From: Cetorhinus maximus
Lineage: Eukaryota
Reading direction: 5' to 3'
Assembly (NCBI RefSeq): GCF_964194155.1
Contig: NC_135879.1
Location: 138,632,001 to 138,696,000, forward strand
Length of the DNA stretch: 64,000 nt
The notes under the pieces are model-generated. The model was not told the DNA's origin and made no database searches. It worked only from the letters and a program-made list of their open reading frames with translations. This document shows, piece after piece, positions 35,121-49,515 of this stretch. Positions within the stretch are counted from its first letter, which is position 1, and each line of letters starts with the position of its first letter. The position numbers were made by a program, and so were the translations under genes.

Positions 35121-38070
35121 TCATCAGCTGTCCCTCAATTCCAGAATGATGTCTACTCCAAGTCTTGAGCTTCTGCCATGTGTCTTCATGTGACTGAACA
35201 GCCCAATTCTCGACCAATACATCTTTCAGCATGTGGGCAGGACGTCCCATGAGGTGGTGGAATCTAGAATGCAGAATATGTTTCCTTTTCTTTCCTTCTC
35301 CATCTCATCATTAAGGCTTCTGGACTCAAAGCATGATGCAGCTTGATGGACAAGTTGTCACCATTTTTTTTTAATTCATTCATGGGATGTGGGCTTCGCT
35401 GGCTGGGCCAGCATTTATTGTCCATCCCTAGTTGCCCTTGAGAAGGTGGTGGTGAGCTGCCTTCTTGAACCGCTGCAGTCCATGTGGTGTAGGTACACCC
35501 ACAGTGCTGTTAGGAAGGGAATGCCAGGATTTTGACCCAGCGACAGTGAAGGAATGGCGATATAATTCCAAGTCAGGATGGTGAGTGACTTGTAGGGGAA
35601 CTTTTGGTGGTGGTGTTCCCATCTATCTGCTGCCCTTGTCCTTTGCAATGGTATTGGTCATGGGTTTGGAATGTGCTGATGAAGGTGCCTTGGTGAATTC
35701 CTGCAGTGCATCTTGTAGATGGTACACACTGCTGGTAATGTGCGTCAGTGGTGGAGTAAGTGAATGTTTGTGGGTGTGGTGCCAATCTAGCAGGCTGCTT
35801 GTCCTGGATGGTGTCAAGCTTCTGGAGTGTTGTAGGAGCGGCACCCATCCAGGCAAGTGGGGAGTATTACATCACACTCCTGACTTGTACCTTGTAGATG
35901 GTGGACAGGCTTTTGGGGAGTCAGGAGGCGGGTTCCTCATCGCATGATTCCTAGCCTCTAACCTGCTCTTGTAGCCACAGTATTTATATGGCTAGTCCAG
36001 TTCAGTTTCTGGTCAGTGATAATCCCTAGGATGTTGATCGTGCGGGATTCAGTGATGGTAATGCCATTGAACATCAAGGGGCGATGGTTGGATTCTCTCT
36101 TGTTGGAGATCGTCATTGCCTAACACTTGGTGCGAGTCTTATTTGCCACTTGTCAGCCCAAGCCTGGATATTGTCCAGGTCTTGCTGCATTTGGACATGG
36201 ACTGCTTCAGTATCTGAGGAGTCACGAATGGTGCTGAACATCATGCAATCATCAGCAAACATCCCCACTTCTGACCTTATGATGGAAGGAAGGTCATTGA
36301 TGAAGCAGCTGAAGATGGTTGGGCCGAGGACACTAACCTGAGGAACTCCTGCAGTGATGTCTTGGAGCTGAGATGACTGACCCCCAACAACCACAATCAT
36401 CTTCCTTTGTGCTAGGTATGACTCCAACCAGTGAAGAGTTTTCCCCCTGACTCCAATTTTGCTAGGGGTCCTTGATGCCACACTCAGTCAAATGCTGCCT
36501 TGATGTTACGGGCAGTCATTCTCACCTCACCTCAGGAGTTCAGCTCTTTTGTCCATGTTTGAATTAAGGCTGTAATAAGATCAGGAGCTGAGTGGCCCTG
36601 GCGTAAGCCAAACTGAGCATCAGCGAGCAGGTTATTGCCTTGCAAATGCTGCTTGATAGCACTGCTGATGACCCCTTCTATTACTTTAGTGATGATGGAG
36701 AGTAGACTGACGGGGTGGTAATTGGCCAGGTTGGATTTGTCTTGCTTTTTGTATACAGGACATAACTGGGCAATTTTCCACATAGCTGGGTAGATGCCAG
36801 TGTTGTAGCTGTACTAGAACAGCTTGGCTAGGGGAACGGCAAGTTCTGAAGCACAAGTCTTCAGTACTATTTCCAGAATGTTGTCAGGGTCGATAACATT
36901 TGCAATATCCAGTGCCTTCAGCTGTTTCTTGATATTACATGGAGTGAATCGAATTGGCTGAAGACTGGCATCTGTGATCCTGGGGACCTCCGGAGGAGGC
37001 TGAGACGGATCATCCACTCCGCACTTCTGGCTGAAGATTGTAGCAAATGCTTCAGCCTTATCTTTTGCACTGATGTTTGGGCTCCTCCATCATTGAGGAT
37101 GGGGATACCTGTGGAGTCTCCTCCTCTAGTCCATTGTTTAATCGTCCACCACCATTCATGACTGGATGTGGCAGGACTGCAGAGCTTAGATCTGATCCAT
37201 TGGTTGTGGGATCGCTTAGCTCTGTCTATCACTTGCTGCTTATGCTGTTTGGCAAACAAGTAGTCCTGTGTTGTAACTTCACCAGGTTGACACCTCATTT
37301 TAAGGTACGCCTGGTGCTGCTCCTGACATGCCCTCCTGCACTCTTCATTGAGCCAGGGTTGATCCTCTGGTTTGATGGTAATGGGAGAGTGGGGCATATG
37401 CTGGGCCATGAAGTTACAGATTCTGTTTGAGTACAATTCTGCTGCTGCTGATGACCCACAGCGCCTCATGTATGCCCAGTCTTGAGTTGCTAGATCTGTT
37501 TGAAATCTATCCCATTTCGCATGATGGTAGTGCCACATAACACGATGGAGGGTATCCTCACTGTGAAGGCGGGACTTCGTCTCTATAATGACTGTGCGGT
37601 GGTCACTCCTACCGATACTGTCATGGACAGACACATCTGCGGCAGGCAGGTTGTCACCATTTTGAACAATTGGTAGCAAGCTCCAACCAGTCATTAATGC
37701 CAATGCTTTCACACTTCAAGTTGAGCTTCAGAGTGTGTCTTTGAAGCGTTTTCTTTGTGCTCCCCTGGGAGACTGGCCATTTGAGAGTTGAGAAAACATG
37801 ACCTGCCATGGGAGGCAGTTTTCGGCCATCCAGACACAATGTCCAGTCCATCACTGTTGATTTTTCAGGAGCTCTGCCTGAATGCTTGTGGAGCTGGCGT
37901 CAAGAAGGGCACTAGTGTTTGTTCAATGGTCCTCCTATTGAATCCGGAGGACGAGGCAAAGGCATTACTGCTCAACTTTCTGTAGCACACTTGTATGTCG
38001 CTGATACACAGTCCAGGTCTCACTGCAGTATAGGAGTGTGGTGACAACAACTGCTCTGTACACGAAGATT
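35121..38070 (-). mobile_element. RTE-clade LINE 3' fragment, split by a family-B LINE
   Basis: Minus-strand translation of 38070-37664 gives VYRAVVVTTLLYCSETWTVY..WTGHCVWM..LP.QVMFSQL..G..RGAQRKRFKDTL, the RTE C-terminal pattern; (TGA)n-type tail at ~35121. Confidence 0.75.
35368..37649 (-). mobile_element. CR1-clade LINE family B, 2.3 kb, 5'-truncated
   Basis: GRSDHRTV (end of APE), WKIAQLCPVYKKQDKS, GVPQVSVLGP, FADDC; 14-bp TSD GTTGTCACCATTTT at 35354-35367 and 37650-37663. Confidence 0.92.
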
Positions 38071-41000
38071 TTAAAAGACAAAGATCTTATGTCTCATTAT
38101 ATTGGCAAAAGGAAAATACTTCTGGAAACCAATTATATATACCTAAGAGACTGTTGACATTTACATTTCACACCTCCCTATATCCTCATGAAAATCCTGA
38201 TCTAACTGTAGAGACATGAACTAACAGAAAGCAATTACCAGCTGTGACCCATACATGGTGTAGTACACAGACAAAAAATATCATTTTTATTTAAATGCAT
38301 GATATGCTTTGAATCATGGTGATTCAAATGAGCAGAGACAGTGGGCTCAGGCACTCCCATCATCTCTGAAAATGAATTATTAATCTATTCTATGAGTGGC
38401 GACTAAATAAATCAGTTACATTGGTGAATCCTGAGCTATTAGTCAAATGAATCTAATAGATTCTCAGTAAACATAATAGGCACCTGGTTAGACAGAAATG
38501 CTTAAGTACTACCAACCAGATATGGAAGAGTCTCTATCTTTCTGCTATTCTAAGCAGTTCTGCTCTCCTTTCCCATCCCAACATGCCTGTGATTCAAGCT
38601 CGATTAGAAACCTTAAGATGAATGTTGTAACATAGAGAGGCTGATCCACACAAGACATTTCATCTATGATTGATTGTACCATTTTAAGGCATTGTAGTCC
38701 CCTGAAATAAATCACTAATTATTGATAAAATGTGTGCACGCAGCTCATTGCAATTCTGCATGTTTTATTTAAAAACTTCAGAAGCTGATAAATACACAGC
38801 TACAGATGTTATACAAATAATGCCTGTGGAAATGATAAAAACAAAACACAAAGCTATGTTTATACATTTTGACATAACTGGCCAGGATAAAATGGTCAGA
38901 ATATTATACCCATATCAAGGCTTAGGCTCTCCAGATGCCATTCTGAAACACCAGTGTTTGCTCCTGATTCATTCAAAATAGACAAATAAACTCGCAGCCA
39001 AAATGCTGCCAAAACATCCCAGATTTGCCCCTGACTCACTAAAATCTAAATGTTTCACTTGAAATAATTATCTTTCAGTAAATACTCCAAGACTGCAGAG
39101 AGTAGCAGCAAAATATAGGTAGTAAGCCAAATTTTATACATATTCAAATACTCAATCTGTTTCTTCGTTCTGAAGAAGTCAGCTCATTTTTTCCAGTACT
39201 TTTCTTTCAAAAACATTGAGAAATTTATAAAGTGCCCCTTGAAGAGATGACAATTCATTTGGTCACTTGTCATTTTCCAATGGTATTTCTAATACAGCAC
39301 TGGCTTCTCAGAAGTATGTTACAAATTTGAAGTAATAATTTATTTAAGGAGCACTTAGGAAAAAAATTCTTAAAATTGTGTTATAACTGATCACTGATAT
39401 TTATGTACTGATGTTGTACTTGTTTCTCATAGTCATAAAATATCAACCAATTACTTAAGTAGATGCCTCTTAAATAGGCTTAAATCTAGATGCAGTTTAA
39501 AGCACTAATTTCAAGGCTTGTTTTTGCAAATCAATTCCTCATTGTAAATATTCACTAATGACAAAAAAATATTGTTCTATTTGATTTAGCGAGTTAAAAT
39601 GAATGACAATGAACAATAGTGTCAAGCATTCCCAACAAAAGTATTTCAAAACAAAAACAGAAACAGAAATACCTGGAAAAACTCAGCAGGTCCAGCAGAT
39701 TTCAAAATTGATAGTTGACATAGGATTACAACAGAACAAAGTAAATGCAGGGACTGATTCGTGCGATTCCAGAATTACACTCCTTACTTATAAGAAAGTA
39801 GCAATTTTGGTAAAAGGCGTAAATGAAGCCCACTAACGTTCAAAAGTGCATTTGTGAAATTTATTCTGACAGAAAAATAACCAGGAAATGTGCCATTGTT
39901 TTAGAAGGCATTTTTTATGATGTGTCATCCTTAATTTGATTTAATAAGTACATGAATTAATCACTCAAGGTGAAAACATTTGGAAAGACAAGCTTGTTGA
40001 GTAAATATATTAGCACAAATATCTCAAACAGTATCTTGGATAAGGGTTAAATGAAACTTAATTATGTGGACAACTGAAATAAAAGTAAGTTGAAGGAAAA
40101 TGGTGCCTGGGCAAACAAAAAAAATTACTACAAAACCTATGCACACACAAATTAAATATTTCTGATGCTTTTCATTGCCCCAGAGTTTATGGTCAGTGGC
40201 GAAGGGCACTCACTGCTGACATCAAAGAAAGCTGCCCACAAAGATCTGGTGATCTCTGTAGCATAGTTTCCTACATTCCCAACAGCAGTTTGAAACTGAT
40301 GCCTGGTCAAGGGGATTACTTGGTGTGCAGCAGCACTGATGTCAGCAAGCAGGAAGAAGCCAATCACTTTGAAGCGTTGACACACAGCAAACCAGGAAGC
40401 TAAAAGCACTTAACATCCTTCACCTTTAAATTTAAATTTTCAGATAGCGAAATAAATAACTATGTTTGGATAAGACAGAAGCTAAAACAAAGATGAACAA
40501 ACTTTAAAAAAATTAAAATGTGAATTATCATGGAGAAATTTGACATTCCAAATATAAAATTAGTTTCTTGGAAGTTGGCTGGGGGCGGGTCAGTGAGGGT
40601 GTTTAGCAATAATTTTGAAGTCTGCACACCATTAAAACACAATTATACTTCATTCAACAAAGGTGTAACTTTTTCAAGGGTTTTTACAGCAAAACCAATA
40701 GCACAAGTGGTGTATTCATCAGTTGGTAACCCATTAATTGCCGTCTGTGGATGACTCACCAGCACACCCTCTGGGGAATCGTAGAATTACTGATAGCAAC
40801 TTCTGGATTTCCGTGTTATTCTGCGTATGAATGGTTCGAGAAGTTGCTGTCAGTTTCAGTGAAGTAATGACAGAGAATGCTAATAATTATGCTGTCATTA
40901 CCACCACAATATCCAGGCCATTAATTGTGGTTGATATCAGCTGCTGTACACCATTAATATCCATAATTTTCCCCAATTGTCCACTGATACCACCCATTGG

Positions 41001-44000
41001 ATTTCAAAGAAAGGCAAATCAGACGGACTCCACAACAGACGGTTGGCTATCCTTCAAAATTACTTCATTGGCTGTTAAAACACTTTGGGACATCCTAACA
41101 TTGTGAAAGATGCTATATAAAAGTGGATGTTATTTCACTAAAGACAAAAATCTACCCCATACTTTCTGAAATGCCAAGGAGTGCTCAAAAATACAGGCGT
41201 ATGATTTTTTTTTAAATTACGCATGGAACAGGAAACCATTTTTATTATGCTATGGAGTTCATCATGAAAGGATAATTGAAGACAAATACAAAGTTAAAGT
41301 AAAACCTGTAGATGGAAAGACACAATGGTTTAAAGCAGGCCCGCTTCAGCGTTCACACTGGGATGTGTTACAAACAGGATCGGTTTGGGGGGGGGGGGGT
41401 TGGTTAATTTAAAACAGCACTAATTTCTCCTCTCACCACCCTTCCATAAATGGAAAGGGACTTTTCATTTGTTTCCCTCTTTATAAGTGGTGGCATGATT
41501 GGTGCGATCCAATTTTCTATTAATAACTGGACTGCAACAGTTCAAGAAGGCAGCTCACCACCACCTTCTCGAGTGCAATTAGGGATGGACACTGAATGCT
41601 GGCCTAGCCAGCGATGCCCACATCCCATGAATGAATAAAAAAAAGAACAAACCCGAGATAAGACAAACTCAAAGGGTTAGTTTATTTGCATACACTCAAA
41701 TCACGAAAGGAGGATCGCAACATTTCCTCCACACTCAGGCAGTAAAGAGAGGGATAGAAAAAAGAAAGATTTACAGTGAAGAGACCACAGAGAAAAAAAA
41801 AGTTTCACGTGGGTCCCAGAGTCAAGAATCAAAGACCAATGTGTTAGCACAATGCACAGCTCAGCAGGCTGAAAAAACGATGCTGTACAATTCAGTTTTC
41901 TGGTGGTGTTGACTTCACACAATGAGATTGGCACACAGAGATGAATCAGTCTTGTAGGCAATGGTACAGAGCTTCCACAAGAAGCAGTGTAGATGGGGCC
42001 AAGTGTTCAACCTGGGCAGAGGCTCCTTTTCTGTGAGGCTGCCAGTCAGATTGTAAACAGCAGACTGGGCTATGCAGTTCAGCAAAGCAATATTACTTGT
42101 TCCACAAGCCGGAAGCCCATGTCAGATGACCTCCTACCTCTCCAATCAGCTTTTGACAAAGGATGTGTATCCATCATGTGAGTTCTGAAGACAGTTAATT
42201 GCCTCAGCCATTAGGAATTGAAAGAAAGGGCCTTTGTCTTAGCAGACGATCCATCCCCATCTGGCCAGCCTGGGTGATTAAATGCAGTTAGCCTTTGTAT
42301 AGCTCTCCTTGCAGTTCGGCCCTACAGTCCACAAAGGAGTTGTTAGTGGCTCCTCACAGATAACGAGGTGTGAGTTTTCCTAAAACTGCCAGGCGGCTTC
42401 TCCCATCCAAGGTTCACAGATAGACAATTTCAGCCATTTTAAGGATCTTTGCTCAGTTTTATAGTTTTATAAATAGTAATGAGCATATCTATATATATTT
42501 TATAAAAATATACAGCCTGAGGTCTTAGTTCCTCACAGTTGCCATTTTTGTCTTTTTTCCTGTGTGAAATGTGTCCTATTCATGGAGTAAAATGGATAGG
42601 CTGTACATTGTGCTGTATACCATTAGAAAACCTGGCAATGCAGAATTTAAAAAGACAAGATTGGTGCAGTTGTTTGATTCATTTAATTAACAGATGAAGA
42701 TTAATTATATTTCCCATCTAACTAACTTCCATTTTATATTGATGACATTCTTAGATTATCCATGCACAATGTACAACACAAGCAACGTGCATTATGTAAC
42801 AAAACCATTAAATCTGTTATGGATTGGAATTAGCTTACTTGAAAACCTGAAATGGTGAACTAACAAAGATCTTATTTTAAGAAAGCAATTGACAGAAAAA
42901 AAGGTAATACATTCTCTTTTCTACAGCAGTTAAATCCACTGTTATGCAAAAGGTAAACCTTTTAGGAATTAGTCATATGTCGTGTCATAGCTCATTTTAT
43001 ATTGCTGGATGCTTGAGAGTGCTCCACGGTCAATATCGAAACACACAGGAAGGAATCAGTGGACAATGCAATCCCAACATTTTCACAGGGATATCTTGGT
43101 ATTTGTGATGAAAATGCATAGTTAAAAAAAACAAATTCTGTAACGTTCCAACGCAGTAATCCTACTAACACTACAAAACATATCCAACAAATACAAATGA
43201 ATAGTGCATTATTTATTTATATTTAAAAGACCTACTGTAAAATAATGTCAAAAACCACAAAATTATGTGTTAGCCGATAGCTTATGACAAATCCAAACAA
43301 CCATGAGTACAAGTATTCATACCAAATTTAAGGTATAAGTCATTTTATTTGGCAACATTTCCCCATATAGACCTGTCTTACACAAATTATGGGCCCACTA
43401 TAGTGTCAGGTGATGCCGGTCACACCAGTTTACAAAGTTGAAATTTCAACTATTTGCTGAGTCCACACAGAATTATCTTCATCAAACGATGGCTCATGCA
43501 TTTTAAGGTATTCTATGATACACTGAAACAACCCATCCAAGCAGTGAAGCCTCAGGGTCACAACGGGGCTCAACACAATACTGTTTCTCATCAAGGCTTC
43601 TCGTTCTTTCACAAATAATGATAACACAGACAGGTGTGCCATATAATCTCTCTTGTATACAATTGGACCAAAACATTCGATCTGATGCTTGCATCAACAA
43701 TTGATTATGAAGTCCTGTATTTCAGTGCATTAATAGATTCTGTGTGTGTTTTCTTTACAAAAGTATCATACACATTCACTATTTTTATGTCATTGTTACA
43801 TTTGTCAGTTTTTCATAGATAACCAGCTTATATTTGGAGGTTTACTTTTACTGTTCTGAACACTGGGGTTCACCACTTTCACAGCTCCGAATGCAGGAAA
43901 TGTCCAGCACAGGCTATGTGGAATGCAGACTGGTCCAAATCCTACAGTCTCCAGATCATCGGAAACATAACCCCCTCAAGATGCATTCTGGGACCTCTCG

Positions 44001-44808
44001 GGAATCCCGACACACTGACTCCATGGAAATTGTCCAGGAAGTTTGAACTTTCAATGGGAAATTCCCCTGCTCCTGGAGCCTTCTGAAAAGGTCTCCAACT
44101 CTGAGTTAGAGTCGGAGTCTTCAGGCAATTCCAACTTACTTACCTGGACAACTACCCAGGAAATGTTGACAAAAAAAATTCTAGTCTAACTCCTAACTAG
44201 CTCCCACCACCCACCCCAACACTCCCCCAAGCCCAACCTAACTAACCTCCACCCCCCAACTCCAACCCCCTGACCCAGCTAGCCTGACATAACAACCCTG
44301 CCCAACCTGACTACCCCTGATGCACCTGCCGACTTCATCCAGCTGCCACCCTCCCCACCTGCCTACTTACCTCACCCATCCTACCCACTTCCACACCTAC
44401 CATTCACTCATTCACACACGCTCACTCACTAACACACTGAAAAGCTGTTGAAATGTCCCAAAGCTTTTCAGTATGTTAGTGAACACCTACCAGAATACCG
44501 CAATGAGGGCCGTAAAAAGGGAATGTAACTTTTTCTCCCCCAGTGATCCAGGGCTACGTGGAAGCAGTTCGATGGGAGATTACTCCACATTTCTGAAGTA
44601 GCCAGGATTGGAAGACTGGCCAGGAATGTGGAGTTCCATCGTGGAGCAGAAAAGTAGGAGTGGAGTGGCAATCTAATGGTGATTCCCGCTCCTTGGAAGA
44701 TTTGGGCCCATTATTTCAGTTACTGTGCATGTATCCTTTGGTTATTCTTGAAATTGTTGAACAGGCATGTGCAAGGTTCAAATACATGGATCAACAATGA
44801 ATGTAAAA

Positions 44809-45027
44809 TAAAAGCAAAATACTGCAGATGCTGGAAATCTGCAACAAAAACAGAAAATGCTGGAAAAAGTCAGCCAGTCTGGCAGCATCTGTGGAAAGGG
44901 AAACAGCGTTAATGTTCTGAGTCCAATATGACTCTTCTTCAAAGAAAGACTTGAAACATTAACTCTGTTTCTCTCTCCACTGATGCTGCCAGACCTGCTG
45001 AGCTTTTTCAACATTTTCTGCTTTTAT
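44809..45027. mobile_element. Palindromic Penelope-like insertion (older)
   Basis: TAAAAGCAAAATACTGCAGATGCTGG...TGAGTCCAATATGACTCTTCTTCA arm followed by its inverted copy. Confidence 0.8.
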
Positions 45028-48000
45028 ATCATGGGTTTTCTGTGTTTTAGAGATGTACTGTTCAATCTGGGTACCTGTATTATTTCAGGACACGTCCGTT
45101 TGCATACATTCAGTTGAGAATACGGCATATCTGTTAGTGATTTAGAATCATAGAATGGTTACAGCGCAGATGCAGGCCCAGCACAGGAGGCCAATCAATC
45201 CATGTGTCTGTGCCAGCTGTCTTTAAGAGAAGCTCAGCTAGTCCCACTTCCCCACCATTTCCCAACGGCCCTGCAATTTTTTCTCTTCTAATCAAGTAGT
45301 TTAAATATCATAAACTGTAAAAGTGAAAGTCAAGCAGTTTACCTTCACTACAGACCATTATAATTCACTCACAAGCATCCAATATTCACAGGTTAGTGAA
45401 TTTTTTGATACTTTTTAACAACTGTGTCATCACTTTATGACTATTTCATTTGACGTTGTAAGGTTGATGTTAAATTAGTACCAGAATCATATCCCAATTA
45501 GTCTTGAATTATATCCAAGGCTACATGTTTTTTTTAAGTGAATAAATCAAATTCCATTTTTATCGAACAGAGTTTTGGAATTCTTAACCAGTATTTCAAG
45601 AATGGCATTAAGTGCTTCTCACAATTTATAATTAGGCCTACTCCTTTGTGGTGACTAATATGTAAAATGTCATTTTTATTACAAAGAATTCATATTTTCT
45701 GGGACTTTTGGGATAATACCACAAGTCCAAACTTTATCTTTAAATGAAAACCACAAATCAACAGGCTTGATTATACCCCCATGACCCCCAATAGTTCAAA
45801 CTGATTACTGTCATGCTATTGTGATAGCAGGCAGCCAAACACACTGAACATGTTTTATATGTATGCTTCTCCAAATTTGACGTAATATTTTCAAATCTAT
45901 CTGAAATTATTTTTAATATAACAACATGAGCATAAAGAAAGAAGTCAACATGTAATCCTCTAGTAAGTTGGCTATATAAATGTTTTTGTTTGATGGCAAT
46001 TGAATCTATAACACCCACTTCCAAGTTGCATCTGACATACTAATGCAACTAAAATGATCGGCAACTGTTTCTTTTGAAAGAAGGGCTCAAAAGAATCTAA
46101 TTAGATAAATTGTCACCAATGAATGCAATCATCTTGACAAATGAGAATTTGCTTTGACTTTTGATACTTGTGGTTCACCACCTATCAATCCACCAAAACG
46201 AAATGATTTCTTTCAAAGCCAGATTGAAAGAAGGGCACCAGATGTCATATAAACTTAATAGCATTAGTCTTCTTCCCATTGCTCAGTGACATTCAATAGT
46301 GAGCGCATGACTTCCAGAAAATACCATCGACCAACATGTGTCAATAATTCTTTTTGACACATGGTTACTAGTCATACCGCTTACGATTTAACTTAAAGTT
46401 AAATAGTAAATTATAAGTTTACAACCACTTTAACTGGCAAGATGTATTTTGTACAATGTATTTAAATTCTTGTTATTAAGTCAATTTTTCCACACTATAT
46501 GAATGGACTGTACTGCGTCCTTCAAATTTTAACTCTAGACTGCTTCTGATGGATCTTCTGCATGCAAGGAAAATAATGAACACCTAGCAAAACACAACAA
46601 TGATGAATGCGTCTGGAATATTTGTAACATTGTTTGTATTGATCATGTTGAATACATCTTTTATGTATGTATAAAAAAGTGTCTAAAAGGAAAAAGAATG
46701 GAGAGTGCTGCATGGCAAAGCACCAGTATGTGCCAAAGCACAGGCTTGCTTCGCCCACAGGTTCAGTGGGTGGATGCCTTACGTCGGGCATGAACGACTG
46801 CAGCAGAGTTACACAAGACAATGATGTTGACTTTTACATCAACATTTTGATTTTTTTGGTCATTTATTAGTCTTATATCGCAACTACCATTATGGTAAGT
46901 ATTATAACTATGCATTTTTTATATTCCATATAATATTGTAAAATTAATAAAACATAATTCATGGTGCCTATCATGGCAAAAGAGCAGAATATTTTTTGCA
47001 TAACGTTCAATATAACTGAAGTCCTAACACAGGCCTATTTTTAAAAAATACAACAGTAATTGCGAGTGAAAACCTCATAGCACCAACTAGTCCTGATGCA
47101 CATTTAACAGACTTAAATGTCACCAGTAATTCGGGCTGCTAATTGTGATATGCAAGTATATCAAAAATCCTGCCACTGTGAGAAATCTAGCATGATTCCT
47201 CTGCATCAGTTCTGACACAGCATCTCAAGCAAAGAATTAACCTGTCTTTCACATTCAGATGTGGACTGATCTGCTATGCATTAAAAGCATTTTCTATTTT
47301 TATTTTACAATTCCACAGCTGGTGTGTGAATTATTTATATATGTTATAGAGAAAATAAATCTATGATTATGATGCATAGCTATCTGATATTCTGAATGGA
47401 TACTCCTAGTGAAATAGTTGTATTTGGAAAACTAATAACCGCTAATGCTGACAATTAGCAATGAAAATTGTAAACATGATGCTTATTATGTAAGACTTAT
47501 TTTGTTAAACATGTAGTAAAGTAGTTGTGTTTTGTTTATAACAATGTTCAAGATTAGGTACATACCATGGAGGCTCACAACCACCCATGAGTAGTTTCAA
47601 TCAATGATTACTTAAATTGATAAATTTCTCAAGCTCCATATACTAACTATTTGGGGTCTCTGATTTAGGATTTATCCATCAACAAGGTAACAGCACTAAG
47701 CGCAGCTCTTTCTAACTTCCAAGTCCACAACATTAAAATGGGACAAATCAAGGATAATAAACACAAATGTAAATAAAACTAAGTTATCTACATTGACAGG
47801 GCTTGTGAACCCTGTATGGGTCATAGTCGGGATACCCCTACCCTATTGCCTATTGTAAAAATGGTCAGCCATGTCATTAGTATCTCATTGATAGAAACAA
47901 ACATTTTCAATGCTATGATGTGAGAAATCGCAAAAGAACTGAACTGCTCAAATCAAACAAGGGATAAATAGTAATTTTAAAAAGTTTATTTGAGCAGATG

Positions 48001-49435
48001 ATTTATTCTTACCTTTATTCCTAAAGGAACAATGCTGATTTTTCTAGAAACACCAATTAGAGGAAATCTTTCCATAACAATCCCTAACACATAAAACACA
48101 AAAATTCTTCCCTCATTAATTTTAAAATAGTGATCTTGACAATGTCCAATTTATATCTGGTTCACGAGTTAAGTTTTGAAAGATCATATTTTAGCACAGA
48201 TTTTTATAAATTTTTAATGATCTGACCTACAGTGTTTATATGAATTTTTAAACTTACCTTAATAACTGACTAACCTTACTTATATAGGACCCATCTTGCT
48301 CAGCTTATGCTAAAACATCAACATAACTGGTAGCGTCACAGGTCATTCTATTGGACCCTCAGAAGAGTTCTAATACTACAAGACATATTTTACAATACTA
48401 ATGCACTATTCTATTGATATGTTCAAATTGTTTTCCCTTAAGCATACATTTTTTTTTAAATACCTACAACCAAGCAGTCAGTTTTCACAGTTTTAACCAA
48501 TAAGACCTTTGCTCATTCAGGCAGCAATAACTGCTTTCTGTGCTGAAGTTGTGTGCTGACTCCACCTAGAGGTTTTAAATGAATAGCAGCTTTTCATTTC
48601 TCAAACTGAGCTAAGGTGAAAATCACCTGATAATTTTTCCATAAAACCATAGTTACTGACATCTCAATATTTACCAAAACTCTGCCGATTAAAACATACT
48701 TCTCTCCATTGTCTTCAAATAACCACAAACTTTATTCATACCAGCCATTTTGAAATTGGGAAAATTTCAACATGCCAGCTGTCAAACAGAGCCTTTTTGC
48801 CTCAACCCTTCCAATATTTTCTACTTTTGTTGAAATATAAACAATTAAGTTTACTGTCATTTACACATCAATACAATACATTACAATTAACAGTCCTATT
48901 GTAGGCCTGTGTATGAACTAGGTTTATTCTTGCTTTACAAATACATGCCACATTATTGGCTATTTCCTCTGTACAGAGAAACGCACTTCAGTAATTCAGA
49001 GAACTATACCCATCCCCTTACTTTTCTGATTTCAGTGTCGCTTTTGGTTAACTCTATCACTAGTTTTTATTTAAAGCATACTATGTCTCAGGAAGAAATG
49101 TAGGTACTTAAAAATAAATGACATTTTTGTGGCCATACACCTAGCTACATTGACATTTTTCTCTCCCTTCTCAAAAGGCAGGTTGAACACTGGATTGAGA
49201 AAAGCGTACAGGTCCAGTGAACAGAGAATGCATTTAAAACAATAATGTATTTCAGTTTCTGACTGAAATGCCCAAGGTTGAAACACCACCCATGTATCTT
49301 ATGGATCTGAGATTGGTAATTGCTTAAACCTGAAGCTGGACACGTTCCCTCCTGCCTGGCACAACTGAAGTTTATAAAAGGTTAGTAGGAAGCCATAGGT
49401 GAAAAAGGTTTAATATTCATCACTCCTCTACTCAC

Positions 49436-49515
49436 CCTGCTAGCCAGGAGACCACCAACGCCAGACTAATAAGGGCTGAAGGCAGAAATTTGTTCATGGT
49501 CAGATTTCTCTTCAT
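49436..49515 (-). CDS. Putative first coding exon of a host gene; signal-peptide-like MKRNLTMNKFLPSALISLALVVSWLA(G), phase-2 end
   Basis: Acceptor TAACTTTTTTTTAAAAG at 49524, Kozak GCAGCCATG at 49515, basic-then-hydrophobic peptide, donor AGG|GTGAGT at 49436; ~590 bp from the CpG-island exon. Too short for the ORF track. Downstream exons not identified. Confidence 0.6.

Noticed and set aside
36918-37712. Longest ORF (264 aa) as a host gene
   Set aside because: It is LINE ORF2; its N-terminus reads in from flanking RTE sequence across the TSD.
43430-43715. Overlapping minus-strand ORFs as host exon 3
   Set aside because: Weak acceptor, no good donor and no recognisable domain.
46522-46690. 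Minus-strand acceptors as the next coding exon
   Set aside because: Each candidate acceptor hits a stop in the phase-2 frame before a credible donor.
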